IMG/VR virus record: IMGVR_UViG_3300032124_000002
Span: 15,455 to 79,454 of that record
Strand: one strand, 5' to 3'
DNA from: a virus
Length of the DNA stretch: 64,000 nucleotides
Positions 39,008-47,676 of this stretch are shown piece after piece. A model generated the notes under the pieces. That model was not told the origin of the DNA. It saw nothing but the letters and a program-made list of their open reading frames with translations, and made no database searches. Each line of letters opens with the position of its first letter. Within the stretch, counting starts at the first letter, position 1. The position numbers and the translations under genes were made by a program.

Positions 39008-39271
39008 ATGAGAAGTAGCCTTGAAGCAATCAGTGAAGCCTGCCGCATTGTTGGGGGACAAGCCGCTTTGTCAAGGAATCTAGGCATCTCATCACCAACA
39101 GTGAATCAATGGACAACGGGCATTAGGCAAATACCTGCGGAACGATGTCCTGCGATTGAGAAAGCTACTGGTGGTGCTGTCACCTGCGAAGAGCTTCGTC
39201 CTGACATTGACTGGGCCTATTTAAGAGGTGCAGCAATGCGAAAGCTTAATGTCACTGCATCAAATTTGTAA
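39008..39271 (+). CDS. ydaS: Cro-like regulator, YdaS family
   Basis: GGQAALSRNLGISSPTVNQW..IPAERCPAIEKATGGAVTCEELRPDIDW. Confidence 0.9.
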   Translation: MRSSLEAISEACRIVGGQAALSRNLGISSPTVNQWTTGIRQIPAERCPAIEKATGGAVTCEELRPDIDWAYLRGAAMRKLNVTASNL

Positions 39272-39299
39272 CTACCACCCGAATTTGAAAGGAGTAGGT

Positions 39300-39752
39300 A
39301 TGAACCTCAAAGAAGTCGTGAAATCTATGTGCAAAGCATATCCAGGTGGGCGCGAAGCAATGGCTGGCGCACTGGGAATGACGGTGACGCAGTTTAACAA
39401 CAACCTTTACGAGAAAAACGGCTGTCGTTTCTTCGAAGTCAGCGAGCTGGAAGCGATGGAAGACATATCCAACACGTCGTTACTGGCTGACTACTTCGCC
39501 CGCCGTCGTGGTGCTCTGCTGGTGGATGTTCCGCACCTGGAAGAGCTGGATCGCGTGGACTTGTTCAGCCGGGCAATGCGTACCTCTGCCGCCAGGGGGC
39601 AGGTTGATCAGATTATCGAACAGGCGCTTGAAGATGGCGTAATTGAAAGGCATGAGGCCGAAGAAATCATGGTGCATCACCGCCGCCACCTGGCTGCGCG
39701 TGAAGAAGAGATCGCGGCAATTATCACGTTGTTTGCACGCAAAAAGAAGTGA
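39300..39752 (+). CDS. ymfL: YmfL family CII-like regulator
   Basis: YPGGREAMAGALGMT..FNNNLYEKNGCRFF motif; GGAG RBS. Confidence 0.82.
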   Translation: MNLKEVVKSMCKAYPGGREAMAGALGMTVTQFNNNLYEKNGCRFFEVSELEAMEDISNTSLLADYFARRRGALLVDVPHLEELDRVDLFSRAMRTSAARGQVDQIIEQALEDGVIERHEAEEIMVHHRRHLAAREEEIAAIITLFARKKK

Positions 39753-39813
39753 CGCCAGCGAGTTGCAGCTCCTGGCGTCGTGGCGTGTCGTTATCAGTGG
39801 AGATTACTAACGC

Positions 39814-40149
39814 ATGAACAGTTTATCAACACAATACCGCAGGTCGCAACTTGTAGCGCGTCCGGTTCCTGGTGGAGCAGGACCGGTGCAGTTCGTGTAT
39901 GGGGTAAGAGTACCCGGTGGGATAGAACCTGTCTGCTACCAGTTTGCTCAGTGGGTGGTAGGGGACTTTAACGGCCAGGCGGAGAAGGTATGCGAGAGCT
40001 CAACCGATGGTTCAGAGATCACTACGGCGTCCCGGTCAGGGTCATACGCTGGGAGCCCCAGACACAGCGCGTTATATACCTGCGCGAAGGGTATAAGCAC
40101 GAGTGTTTCAGCCCCCTCGAGCAGTTCAGACGAAAATTCAGGGAAATAG
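39814..40149 (+). CDS. Hypothetical protein
   Basis: 111 aa between ymfL and the DUF4222-like gene; heavily overlapped. Confidence 0.45.
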   Translation: MNSLSTQYRRSQLVARPVPGGAGPVQFVYGVRVPGGIEPVCYQFAQWVVGDFNGQAEKVCESSTDGSEITTASRSGSYAGSPRHSALYTCAKGISTSVSAPSSSSDENSGK

Positions 40150-40202
40150 AGGGGTCTTATGAGCCTGTTAATGCCATCAAGGCCGATAGTCATCAATCCT
40201 GA
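39990..40202 (+). CDS. DUF4222-like small protein
   Basis: WFRDHYGVPVRVIRWEPQTQRVIYLREGYKHECFSPL. Confidence 0.75.
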   Translation: MRELNRWFRDHYGVPVRVIRWEPQTQRVIYLREGYKHECFSPLEQFRRKFREIEGSYEPVNAIKADSHQS

Positions 40203-41073
40203 CCTTGCGTACAGCATAGGCCTGAATGAAGCCATTGCGCTGCAGCAGGTTAACTACTGGCTGCAGGAGACTAACTCAGGGCTGGAGCGTGACGGCGTAC
40301 GCTGGATCTACAACACGACAGAGCAATGGCTGGAGCAATTCCCGTTCTGGTCTGAATCCACTCTGAAGCGCACCTTCACCCGGCTGAAGAGCCTGGGCGT
40401 GCTTAAAGTTGAGCAGCTGAACAAGTCCCAGCGCGACATGACGAACTACTACACGATCAACTACGACAGCTCGCTTTTAGATGAGGTCAAAGTGACCAAA
40501 TCGAAGAAGTCAAAATGCGCCGCTCCATCAGGTCAAAATGACACGATGGAAGAGGTCAATGTGAAACGCTCCACCGGGTCAAAACGAACCGCTGTCATCA
40601 GGTCAAATTGGCACGATGATCTTACAGAGAATACAACAGAGAGTACTACAGAGATTACAGGTAAAGACTCTTGTCCGGTTGCGCTGCAACCAGACCAGAC
40701 CGATCCGGCAGATCTCGTTCTGGATCATTTCAATCGGGTAACCAACTCGACCTATGGCAAGGGGGGACGAACCAAAACGACGCTGGGTTATATCCGGGGA
40801 CGCCTGGCCGAAGATTACAGCCCTGAAGACCTGATGCTGGTGGTTGACTACCTGAACGAGAAATGGGCTCAGGATCCGAAGATGAGCGACTACCTGCGGC
40901 CCAAAACGCTGTTTGCTCCCGAGAACTGCGTCGAGTATTTCGACAAGGCCAAAAAATGGGAAGCAGCCGGGCGCCCAGCCTGGACTGGCGGCAAGTGGGT
41001 TAAGCAGGATGATAGTTTCAAATCCAGTTTCGCCAATGTGGTTTATACAGTGCCAGCGGGGTTCCGCTCATGA
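40159..41073 (+). CDS. Replication initiator (O-like) with conserved phage C-terminal domain
   Basis: wHTH N-terminus; VVDYLNEKWAQDPKMSDYLRPKTLF motif; internal iterons. Confidence 0.88.
   Translation: MSLLMPSRPIVINPDLAYSIGLNEAIALQQVNYWLQETNSGLERDGVRWIYNTTEQWLEQFPFWSESTLKRTFTRLKSLGVLKVEQLNKSQRDMTNYYTINYDSSLLDEVKVTKSKKSKCAAPSGQNDTMEEVNVKRSTGSKRTAVIRSNWHDDLTENTTESTTEITGKDSCPVALQPDQTDPADLVLDHFNRVTNSTYGKGGRTKTTLGYIRGRLAEDYSPEDLMLVVDYLNEKWAQDPKMSDYLRPKTLFAPENCVEYFDKAKKWEAAGRPAWTGGKWVKQDDSFKSSFANVVYTVPAGFRS
40485..40615 (+). repeat. Origin iterons, six GGTCAA-core repeats at ~23 bp spacing
   Basis: Cores at 40485, 40508 (variant), 40531, 40554, 40577 and 40601 inside the initiator gene. Confidence 0.8.
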
Positions 41074-41879
41074 GCAAGCCATTTCTGAAATGGGCTGGTG
41101 GAAAGTATACCCAGCTGGCTGACCTGTTCGTGCATATCCCGGCAGGGAAACGCCTGATAGAGCCATTCGTTGGTGGTGGCTCGGTATTCCTGAACAGCGA
41201 AAAGCACGCAGATTACCTGCTGGCGGACGTTAACCCGGATCTGATTAATCTGTATCAGATGTTAGCGGTGGTGCCGGATGAAGTGGAATTAAAGGCCCGC
41301 TGGATGTTCGAGCACATGCGGTCAACAGATGGTTATGAGCTGATCCGTTCCGAGTTCAACGCTCAGACGCTGGATGCTACTGAACGCGCAGCTGCATTCC
41401 TGTATCTCAACCGGCATTGCTTCAATGGACTGATGCGCTACAACCAGGCGAACAAGTTCAATGTGGGCTGGGGAGGCTACAAGGCTCCGTATTACCCGAT
41501 GGATGAGATGAAAGCCTTCGCGGCTATGGCGCATAACTGCGTCTTCATGACTGCTGACTATCGCCGAACTATCAGCCTGGCCGGGAAAGGGGATGTGGTT
41601 TACTGCGATCCGCCTTACGAACCGATGCCGGGAACAACCGGATTCACCGCCTACGCCGCTGGTGGTTTTAACTGGGAGAACCAGGTAGACCTGGCGAAGC
41701 AATGCGTATCAGCCTTTCACCGTGGGGCTCGGGTAGTGATTTCTAACTCATCTGCATCGAAGGTTCTCGACCTGTACCGGGAGCATGGTTTTAACCTGCA
41801 ATTCATCAAAGCGCGCCGTTCGATCTCCTGCAAAAGCAGTACGCGGGAAGTCGCAAAAGACGTTGTAGCGATCCTTTAA
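41070..41879 (+). CDS. dam: DNA adenine methyltransferase (Dam family)
   Basis: KWAGGK, EPFVGGGSV and YCDPPY motifs. Confidence 0.93.
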   Translation: MSKPFLKWAGGKYTQLADLFVHIPAGKRLIEPFVGGGSVFLNSEKHADYLLADVNPDLINLYQMLAVVPDEVELKARWMFEHMRSTDGYELIRSEFNAQTLDATERAAAFLYLNRHCFNGLMRYNQANKFNVGWGGYKAPYYPMDEMKAFAAMAHNCVFMTADYRRTISLAGKGDVVYCDPPYEPMPGTTGFTAYAAGGFNWENQVDLAKQCVSAFHRGARVVISNSSASKVLDLYREHGFNLQFIKARRSISCKSSTREVAKDVVAIL

Positions 41880-41888
41880 GGGGGCTAA

Positions 41889-42266
41889 ATGAAACTGACT
41901 TTACCATTTCCACCGAGCGTAAATAGTTACTGGCGCGCCCCGAGCAAGGGACCGCTGAAAGGCAGGCATCTGGTAAGCGAGACAGGGCGCAAGTTCCAGC
42001 AGGCAGCGAGAGCGGCGATTATTGAGCAACTGCGTGCCGTTCCCCGGCCATCCTCTGATCTGGCCGAGGTTCACATAGTGTTGTATCCGCCGGATCAGCG
42101 CCGTCGGGATATCGATAACTACAACAAAGCGCTGTTCGATGCCCTGACTCTAACAGGCGTCTGGGAAGACGACAGTCAGGTTAAGCGCATGCTAGTGGAG
42201 TGGGGGAACATCGTTAAGAAAGGGAAAGTAGAAATCACCATCCGACGTTTTCGTGCAGTTGCCTGA
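41889..42266 (+). CDS. rusA: RusA Holliday junction resolvase
   Basis: LPFPPSVNSYWR, RRDIDNYNKALFDAL and WEDDSQV motifs. Confidence 0.93.
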   Translation: MKLTLPFPPSVNSYWRAPSKGPLKGRHLVSETGRKFQQAARAAIIEQLRAVPRPSSDLAEVHIVLYPPDQRRRDIDNYNKALFDALTLTGVWEDDSQVKRMLVEWGNIVKKGKVEITIRRFRAVA

Positions 42267-42278
42267 CGTGGAGATGAT

Positions 42279-43259
42279 ATGAGAGCACTACTAACCCCTG
42301 AGATTGCCCCACGCATGGGCGTTGTTCTTCTTCGCCCAGGTGCTGATCTCATGCCGATGTTCAGGAGAGGGCGGGTACTGATTGAGCCTGCACCGGAAAA
42401 ATACAGCGACTACGCAACCGGCGCTATCCCTCCCGCCACGCAGCCACTGGCAGGAGACCCGGTTTTGAAGCCAGTATTCGAAAACAAAGACGTCATTCTG
42501 CGCGCGGGTGGTATTAGCTCGCTGGAGTCCGAGCTGGAGCGTCGTTTTGAATGCCAGTATCCCCACGGCTCATGGCACAGCGAAAATTTTACGCTGTTCC
42601 GGCATGAGCCTGGCAGCATCCGCCTTTGCTGGGCCTGCGATAACCTGCTGCGTGATCAGTACACAGAGACGCTGGCAGGCATTGCGCGTGAGAACCTGGT
42701 ATCCTGGCTGATAACGGTCATCCGCTCGCAGCTGGGGTTCAACGAAGACCATCAACTGACGATCCCCGAGTTGTGCTGGTGGCTGGTTATAAACAATCTG
42801 GCGCACGTCATCCCTGAATCGCTGGCCCGAAAAGCCCTGCGATTGCCGGAAATTAAGCATCAGCCGGTGATGAAGGAGAGCGATATTGTGCCGGAGCCAG
42901 CGGCGAGCGAAGTGGTGCAGAAAAAGATTCTTGGTCTTCGCGTAGATCCTGAAACGCCGGAATCATTCATGCTGCGACCAAAGCGCCGCCGCTGGGTAAA
43001 CGAGAGCTGGACGCGCTGGGTTAAGTCCCAGCAGTGTGTCTGCTGTAACAAACAAGCAGATGATCCCCATCACCTGATAGGCCACGGACAAGGTGGAATG
43101 GGAACGAAAGCGCACGATTTGTTTGTGTTGCCGCTTTGCAGAGCGCATCACGACCAGTTGCACGCTGACACCGTGGCATTTGAGGAGAAGCACGGCTCAC
43201 AGCTGGAGCTGCTGTTTCGATTTCTGGATCGTTCGCTGGCAATTGGCGTGCTGGCATAG
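42279..43259 (+). CDS. DUF968 protein with C-terminal HNH-like Zn module
   Basis: CVCCNKQADDPHHLIGHG..KAHDLFVLPLCRAHHDQLH. Confidence 0.88.
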   Translation: MRALLTPEIAPRMGVVLLRPGADLMPMFRRGRVLIEPAPEKYSDYATGAIPPATQPLAGDPVLKPVFENKDVILRAGGISSLESELERRFECQYPHGSWHSENFTLFRHEPGSIRLCWACDNLLRDQYTETLAGIARENLVSWLITVIRSQLGFNEDHQLTIPELCWWLVINNLAHVIPESLARKALRLPEIKHQPVMKESDIVPEPAASEVVQKKILGLRVDPETPESFMLRPKRRRWVNESWTRWVKSQQCVCCNKQADDPHHLIGHGQGGMGTKAHDLFVLPLCRAHHDQLHADTVAFEEKHGSQLELLFRFLDRSLAIGVLA

Positions 43260-43272
43260 TGGAGAACGCATA

Positions 43273-43851
43273 ATGATTAACCCGTCCGAGGTTGGAAAAG
43301 CTGGTGAAATGGTCAGGCTGAAAACGCTGGAGGCCATCTGGATTCAAGGGAAGCTGCGCATGTGGGGCCGCTGGTCCTACATCGGCGGCGGTAGTGGCGG
43401 CAATATGTTTAACCAGTTACTGGCCTCCGGGAAAGTCACTAAAACAGCCATCAACGAAGCATTACGCACGATGAAGAAGTCTGGCATCTCGAAGCCAGAG
43501 CTTGAGGCGTTTTTTCGTGAAATACTCGCGGGGAAAAACAAAAGCGGCCTGGCCTTCTGTACAGACGATGAAGGACTGCTGATTGATAAGGTACTGGGGG
43601 CAGTCCTTATTACGGGTGGTCACAAAGAGCTGTATCACCTGCTGGTGGAGCATTACCGGTTACGGAAGAGCAAACGCCTCATAGCTGAAGAGCTCTATGA
43701 AAAGCATCCGGACTGGTGCTTTATGACATGCAGACGAAGAGTTGATGCATGGATAAGTTTGGCAGAATCGATGCTATACGCACCAATGTGTGACGCATTC
43801 GAGACAAATGGCGACAGATTTTACTTGCAAAGTGAGCCAGAAAATGCTTGA
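43273..43851 (+). CDS. Late antiterminator Q (DUF1133 type)
   Basis: WIQGKLRMWGRWS motif; last gene before late control. Confidence 0.8.
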   Translation: MINPSEVGKAGEMVRLKTLEAIWIQGKLRMWGRWSYIGGGSGGNMFNQLLASGKVTKTAINEALRTMKKSGISKPELEAFFREILAGKNKSGLAFCTDDEGLLIDKVLGAVLITGGHKELYHLLVEHYRLRKSKRLIAEELYEKHPDWCFMTCRRRVDAWISLAESMLYAPMCDAFETNGDRFYLQSEPENA

Positions 43852-43895
43852 ATTGTGATAGGCTCGGGACGTTAAAGCGAAGTGAGCAATAGAAT

Positions 43896-43927
43896 AAAAA
43901 AACCCGCTGTTGATAGCGGGTTTTTTT
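43896..43927. terminator. Bidirectional terminator
   Basis: A7-cccgct..agcggg-T7. Confidence 0.8.
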
Positions 43928-43936
43928 GTTGTAAAA

Positions 43937-44386
43937 CTATTCGTTAGTCACAATTATATAAATACTAACTTGGTCATTGTCGTTATTTTCAACTTCTGTA
44001 AGAATTTTTTCAAACATGCTTTCTTGATATGCTTCTAACGATATGTTGGGACCAATTTTTAATATTTTTTTTGCTAGTTTCTCTGCTGCATTTCTTTTTG
44101 AAAAATTGTCATTGAAACTGTGGGAGTCGTGGCGTGAGGCATCTGCATTCCATGATACTTGCTGGCTTTTTGATGATTTGTGTTTTTTTGCAGCTATATG
44201 TATATGTCTTTGTGTTTTAGTATTTGTGTTTTCTGCATCGACTCGATAATAAAGTTTTGTTTCTGGATCTAGCTTCCAACTTTCTGTTGCAATATTAAGA
44301 ACTTCAACTTCATTATTGAGAATTATTTGAGCTGTTAAAACATAATCTTCAGGTAATTCATCATAAATCTCTTTTAAAATACTCAT
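43937..44386 (-). CDS. AT-rich hypothetical (DUF6367-like) moron between Q and holin
   Basis: 149 aa, AAGGA RBS, RHIHIA and VSWNADASRHD motifs, antisense to the late operon. Confidence 0.8.
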   Translation of the reverse strand: MSILKEIYDELPEDYVLTAQIILNNEVEVLNIATESWKLDPETKLYYRVDAENTNTKTQRHIHIAAKKHKSSKSQQVSWNADASRHDSHSFNDNFSKRNAAEKLAKKILKIGPNISLEAYQESMFEKILTEVENNDNDQVSIYIIVTNE

Positions 44387-44659
44387 GATTCATCCTTATT
44401 TTGCTGTTTTAAAATATCTTTCTAAACGTAATGGCTAGGTTACCTGACACCTCAGTAACTGAGATGATTACTGGTAACGCTATGAAAAGAAGATACCAGA
44501 GAGTTTAAAACGATTCTATGTTTCAATGACTAGATTAAGTGTCATCTTGGCACTCAGCATTTTGTTATCTCTGATGCAATTAAAATTTCTCAGCCATCTA
44601 AGGATGGCTTTTCATCTTCCCTCGTACCAGAGAGGATTCACAGCAATTGAGGGGGACCA

Positions 44660-45046
44660 ATGTCCGAACCAATAACCGGCACAGGTTTAGCTGGTGGCGC
44701 TTTAACTGGGGCGAGTGTTTACGGGCTATTAACCGGTACAGACTACGGTGTTGTATTCGGGGCATTTGCTGGTTCCGTCTTTTATATAGCGACAGCGGCC
44801 GATTTGAGCGCCCCACGACGGATGGCATATTTCGTTGTGTCCTACATCGCTGGAGTTCTGTGCTCCGGGCTGGTCGGTTCTAAGTTATCCGACCTGACCG
44901 GGTATAACGATAAGCCTCTGGATGCTATTGGTGCCGTAATCATTTCGGCATTGGCCGTGAAAATACTCACTTTCCTGAACAATCAGGATATTGGCTCGCT
45001 GGTGGCGCTAATAACGCGCCGGGGAGGTTCCGGTGGTACTAAATGA
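44660..45046 (+). CDS. Putative holin
   Basis: MSEPITGTGLAGGALTGA..; multi-TM; first lysis gene. Confidence 0.85.
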   Translation: MSEPITGTGLAGGALTGASVYGLLTGTDYGVVFGAFAGSVFYIATAADLSAPRRMAYFVVSYIAGVLCSGLVGSKLSDLTGYNDKPLDAIGAVIISALAVKILTFLNNQDIGSLVALITRRGGSGGTK

Positions 45047-45314
45047 TCCTACTGCAACCATCAATGCGCTGTTATGTGCTGGTGTCGTTGTTACGTTGAT
45101 GTTCTATCGCCGCAGAGACTCACGTCATCGTAAGTGGGTGTCGCGGCTGGCATGGCTGATAACAGTGATATACAGCTCTGTGCCGTTGGCGTATCTGTGC
45201 GGCATCTATCCCTATTCATCATGGCCCACCATTGCGGCCAATATCATGATCCTTGTTGTGCTGCTGAGCGTAAGAGGCAATGTAGCGCGGCTGGTTGATG
45301 CACTGAGGCACTAA
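45033..45314 (+). CDS. Second holin-family membrane protein
   Basis: 93 aa, three hydrophobic segments, FYRRRDSRHRKW motif. Confidence 0.8.
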   Translation: MVLNDPTATINALLCAGVVVTLMFYRRRDSRHRKWVSRLAWLITVIYSSVPLAYLCGIYPYSSWPTIAANIMILVVLLSVRGNVARLVDALRH

Positions 45315-45943
45315 TGAATCAAACACAATTCCAGAAGGCGGCTGGTATCAGCGCCGGGTTAGCTGCGCGCTGGTATCCGCATATTACAGCCGCGATGAAA
45401 GAGTTTGGCATCACTTCCGCTATCGACCAGGCAATGTTCATTGCTCAGTGCGGCCATGAAAGCCTCGGGTTTAACAGGGTAGTCGAGAATTTCAACTACA
45501 GCATCGACGGGCTTGCTGATTTTGTTCGTTACGGCAGGTTAACGCAGGATCAGGCCAATTCCCTCGGGCGCAGCCAGTCAGAAACTGTGTTACCTCTGGA
45601 GCGCCAGCGGGCTATCGCCAATATTGTCTATAGCAAGCGGTTGGGTAACAACAGGGCAACTGATGGCTGGGTTTATCGAGGGCGCGGACTTATTCAAATA
45701 ACCGGACTTTCTAATTACAGGGACTGCGGCAGCGGTTTGAAGGTTGATCTGGTGGCACAGTCAGAATTACTGGAGCAGTCCTCGTACGCGGCCCGAAGTG
45801 CAGCGTGGTTCTATGTCTCAAAAGGTTGCTTGAAATATCCGGGTGATCTTGTTCGGGTCACGCAGATTATCAACGGCGGGCAAAACGGGATTAATAACCG
45901 GCGCGCCCGCTTCCTGAAAGCAAAATCGGTGCTGGTGGGGTGA
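45314..45943 (+). CDS. Endolysin, GH19 family
   Basis: FIAQCGHES, YRGRGLIQITGLSNY and INGGQNG motifs. Confidence 0.93.
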   Translation: MNQTQFQKAAGISAGLAARWYPHITAAMKEFGITSAIDQAMFIAQCGHESLGFNRVVENFNYSIDGLADFVRYGRLTQDQANSLGRSQSETVLPLERQRAIANIVYSKRLGNNRATDGWVYRGRGLIQITGLSNYRDCGSGLKVDLVAQSELLEQSSYAARSAAWFYVSKGCLKYPGDLVRVTQIINGGQNGINNRRARFLKAKSVLVG

Positions 45944-45945
45944 TT

Positions 45946-46221
45946 ATGGGAATCGAAGCTATCGCGGGGCTGGTGGTCGTTATCCTGAGCGCTATCGCTG
46001 GCGCGTTTGGCATCGGTCATGCTCGCGGAACAAGTAAGGCGGAAGCCAAAGCCGAACAGCAGCGTACCGAAGAAAACGCCGCTGCTACTGTCGCCGCGGC
46101 AGAACGCCGTGCTGAAGTCACGAAAGGGGCCAGTGATGTACAGGAAGACGTTAAGCGTATGGGCGATGACTATGTTGATCGCGAGCTGCGCGAAAGATTT
46201 ACCCGCCCCGGTAGTCGTTGA
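45946..46221 (+). CDS. i-spanin (Rz-like)
   Basis: N-terminal TM plus Ala-rich coiled coil after the endolysin. Confidence 0.8.
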   Translation: MGIEAIAGLVVVILSAIAGAFGIGHARGTSKAEAKAEQQRTEENAAATVAAAERRAEVTKGASDVQEDVKRMGDDYVDRELRERFTRPGSR

Positions 46222-46357
46222 TACGGCCTGCAATTGGGTGCGGATCATCTACCTGACTGACCACGATATCGATGTGCTGGATAAGCAGACGAAGCGCGAC
46301 ATTCTGGCGCACAATAGATCGGTATCCGCGAATTGCTCCAAAAAAAAATCACTTTGA
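46136..46357 (+). CDS. o-spanin lipoprotein (Rz1-like)
   Basis: MYRKTLSVWAMTMLIASC lipobox overlapping the Rz 3' end; VVDTACNWVRII. Confidence 0.8.
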   Translation: MYRKTLSVWAMTMLIASCAKDLPAPVVVDTACNWVRIIYLTDHDIDVLDKQTKRDILAHNRSVSANCSKKKSL

Positions 46358-46399
46358 GTCCGCAGCAGCAAAAAAGCCGGTATATACCGGCTTTGATAC

Positions 46400-46579
46400 T
46401 TATCTTTTACTATCTGGGGTTCTTTTTACGGGGACCCAAGATCCTCCTGGTTTGGAGGTAGGTGGTGCAGTCCTGTTGTCCGGAATCGTAGTAAAGTTAT
46501 CTGTCTTTCCTCCTCTCGGACCTTGTTCACGATAAACACCACCATCCTTACCACTGTTTTGTCCTGGTTTTAATGGCAT
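46400..46579 (-). CDS. YjzC-like small protein
   Basis: LKPGQNSGKDGGVYREQGPRGG..PPTSKPGGSW matches the YjzC pattern (KPGQ..G.Y.E.G..G..P.T....W). Confidence 0.65.
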   Translation of the reverse strand: MPLKPGQNSGKDGGVYREQGPRGGKTDNFTTIPDNRTAPPTSKPGGSWVPVKRTPDSKR

Positions 46580-46678
46580 GGAAACCCCCATAGGTATGAC
46601 CACAATATTGTGGCCTGATCATTATGTCGTGAACATCATGGATAGAAAGTGAAACACACCAAATTAGTGAGATTAAGC

Positions 46679-47029
46679 ATGCCAACTTTAATACCTCGTG
46701 CGTGCCGTAAGCGTGGATGCCCTGGAACTACCACAGACCGCTCAGGCTTTTGCGAGAAGCACCGCAATGAAGGCTGGCAACAGCACCAGCAAGGCAAGAG
46801 CAGGCACGAGCGCGGCTATGGTAGCCAATGGGATATCAGGCGTGCGCGCATCCTGAAACGCGACAACCATTTGTGCCAGAACTGCCTTCGTAGCGGGCGA
46901 GCTGTCGCAGCAAAGACGGTTGACCACATCAAGGCCAAGGCTCATGGGGGAACTGATGACGATTCGAACCTCGAAAGCCTGTGCTGGCCCTGTCACCGTC
47001 ACAAGACCGCAACGGAGAGAACGCGATGA
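46679..47029 (+). CDS. Packaging-associated HNH endonuclease
   Basis: LCQNCL..TVDHIKAKAHGGTDDDSNLESLCWPCHRHKT. Confidence 0.92.
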   Translation: MPTLIPRACRKRGCPGTTTDRSGFCEKHRNEGWQQHQQGKSRHERGYGSQWDIRRARILKRDNHLCQNCLRSGRAVAAKTVDHIKAKAHGGTDDDSNLESLCWPCHRHKTATERTR

Positions 47030-47226
47030 GTTACACGCGCTGCACCTATTGCGGCTCAAAGATGCACACTGTCGCAAATTGCCCTAAGACGTGGGGTGGT
47101 TCCTCGCGACGTGCAAATCTGCGCTGCGGCTACTGCGGTCAGTCAGGGCACAACTCCAGCGCCTGCCCGCGCAATGCGACCTCCGGGCGTCGGCGCACCC
47201 TGAATGATGACTTTCATCTCGATTAG
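47026..47226 (+). CDS. Tandem CCHC zinc-knuckle microprotein (66 aa)
   Basis: CTYCGSKMHTVANC and CGYCGQSGHNSSAC (both Cx2Cx4Hx4C); ATGA overlap with HNH. Confidence 0.85.
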   Translation: MSYTRCTYCGSKMHTVANCPKTWGGSSRRANLRCGYCGQSGHNSSACPRNATSGRRRTLNDDFHLD

Positions 47227-47285
47227 TTGCATTTGAAATGATTTTGAATGAAATTAAATGTTGCAAATGAGAATGAATGTCAAAT

Positions 47286-47340
47286 AGGGCGGGGGGGGAT
47301 CAAATCTCTACGGGCGACCGCCCAAAGGACCGCCGCAGCC
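47286..47340 (+). other. Truncated cos-like region of an HNH-type packaging module
   Basis: G-run followed by gatcaaatctctac..ggaccgccgc just after HNH, then an abrupt switch to spanin sequence. Confidence 0.5.
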
Positions 47341-47497
47341 AGTTTTACTGTGGCAGAGCGTAAAGCGGAAGTCACGAAAGGGGCCAGCGATGTACAGCAG
47401 ACTGTTAGCCATATGCCTGCTGACGATATTGATCGGGAGCTGGGCGAGCACTTCACCCGCCCCGCTAGTCGTTACAAGGCACCATCTAATTGATTAG
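47335..47497 (+). pseudogene. Degenerate second Rz/Rz1 3' fragment
   Basis: Homologous to ~46075-46220 (gaagtcacgaaaggggccag.gatgtacag..cccgcccc..tagtcgtt); lipobox Cys codon is TGG at 47441. Confidence 0.8.
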
Positions 47498-47524
47498 TCA
47501 ATGGATAAATCGCATGACATAGAT

Positions 47525-47578
47525 GTTTATGTTTATGTTTATGTTTATGTTTATGTTTATGTTTATGTTTATGTTTAC
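47525..47578 (+). repeat. Hexanucleotide microsatellite (GTTTAT)8 + GTTTAC
   Basis: Read directly from the sequence. Confidence 0.97.
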
Positions 47579-47676
47579 GTTGATAAAAACTACAAAAAGA
47601 TGATTTTTATAAGTATTTTATGTTTTCTTTTTAATCTGATAGACTCGATAGGTTTACATTTTTGTATGGGCATGAG

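Noticed and set aside
40485-40615. Regularly spaced 23-bp repeats as a possible CRISPR or mini-array
   Set aside because: Degenerate, no unique spacers, inside the replication initiator gene; fits origin iterons
37105-41879. Type I or II R-M system formed by the HsdR-N gene and dam
   Set aside because: Genes are unlinked and in different operons; no HsdM/HsdS or helicase domain; Dam is a common orphan in such phages
44528-44677. Short hydrophobic plus-strand ORF before the holin
   Set aside because: No RBS, crosses a terminator-like hairpin; probably AT-rich noise
47248-47493. 81-aa ORF as a real gene
   Set aside because: Chimera of cos-region DNA and the Rz remnant created by the junction
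47525-47578. GTTTAT repeat as a CRISPR repeat start
   Set aside because: Pure head-to-tail hexamer with no spacers and no cas genes
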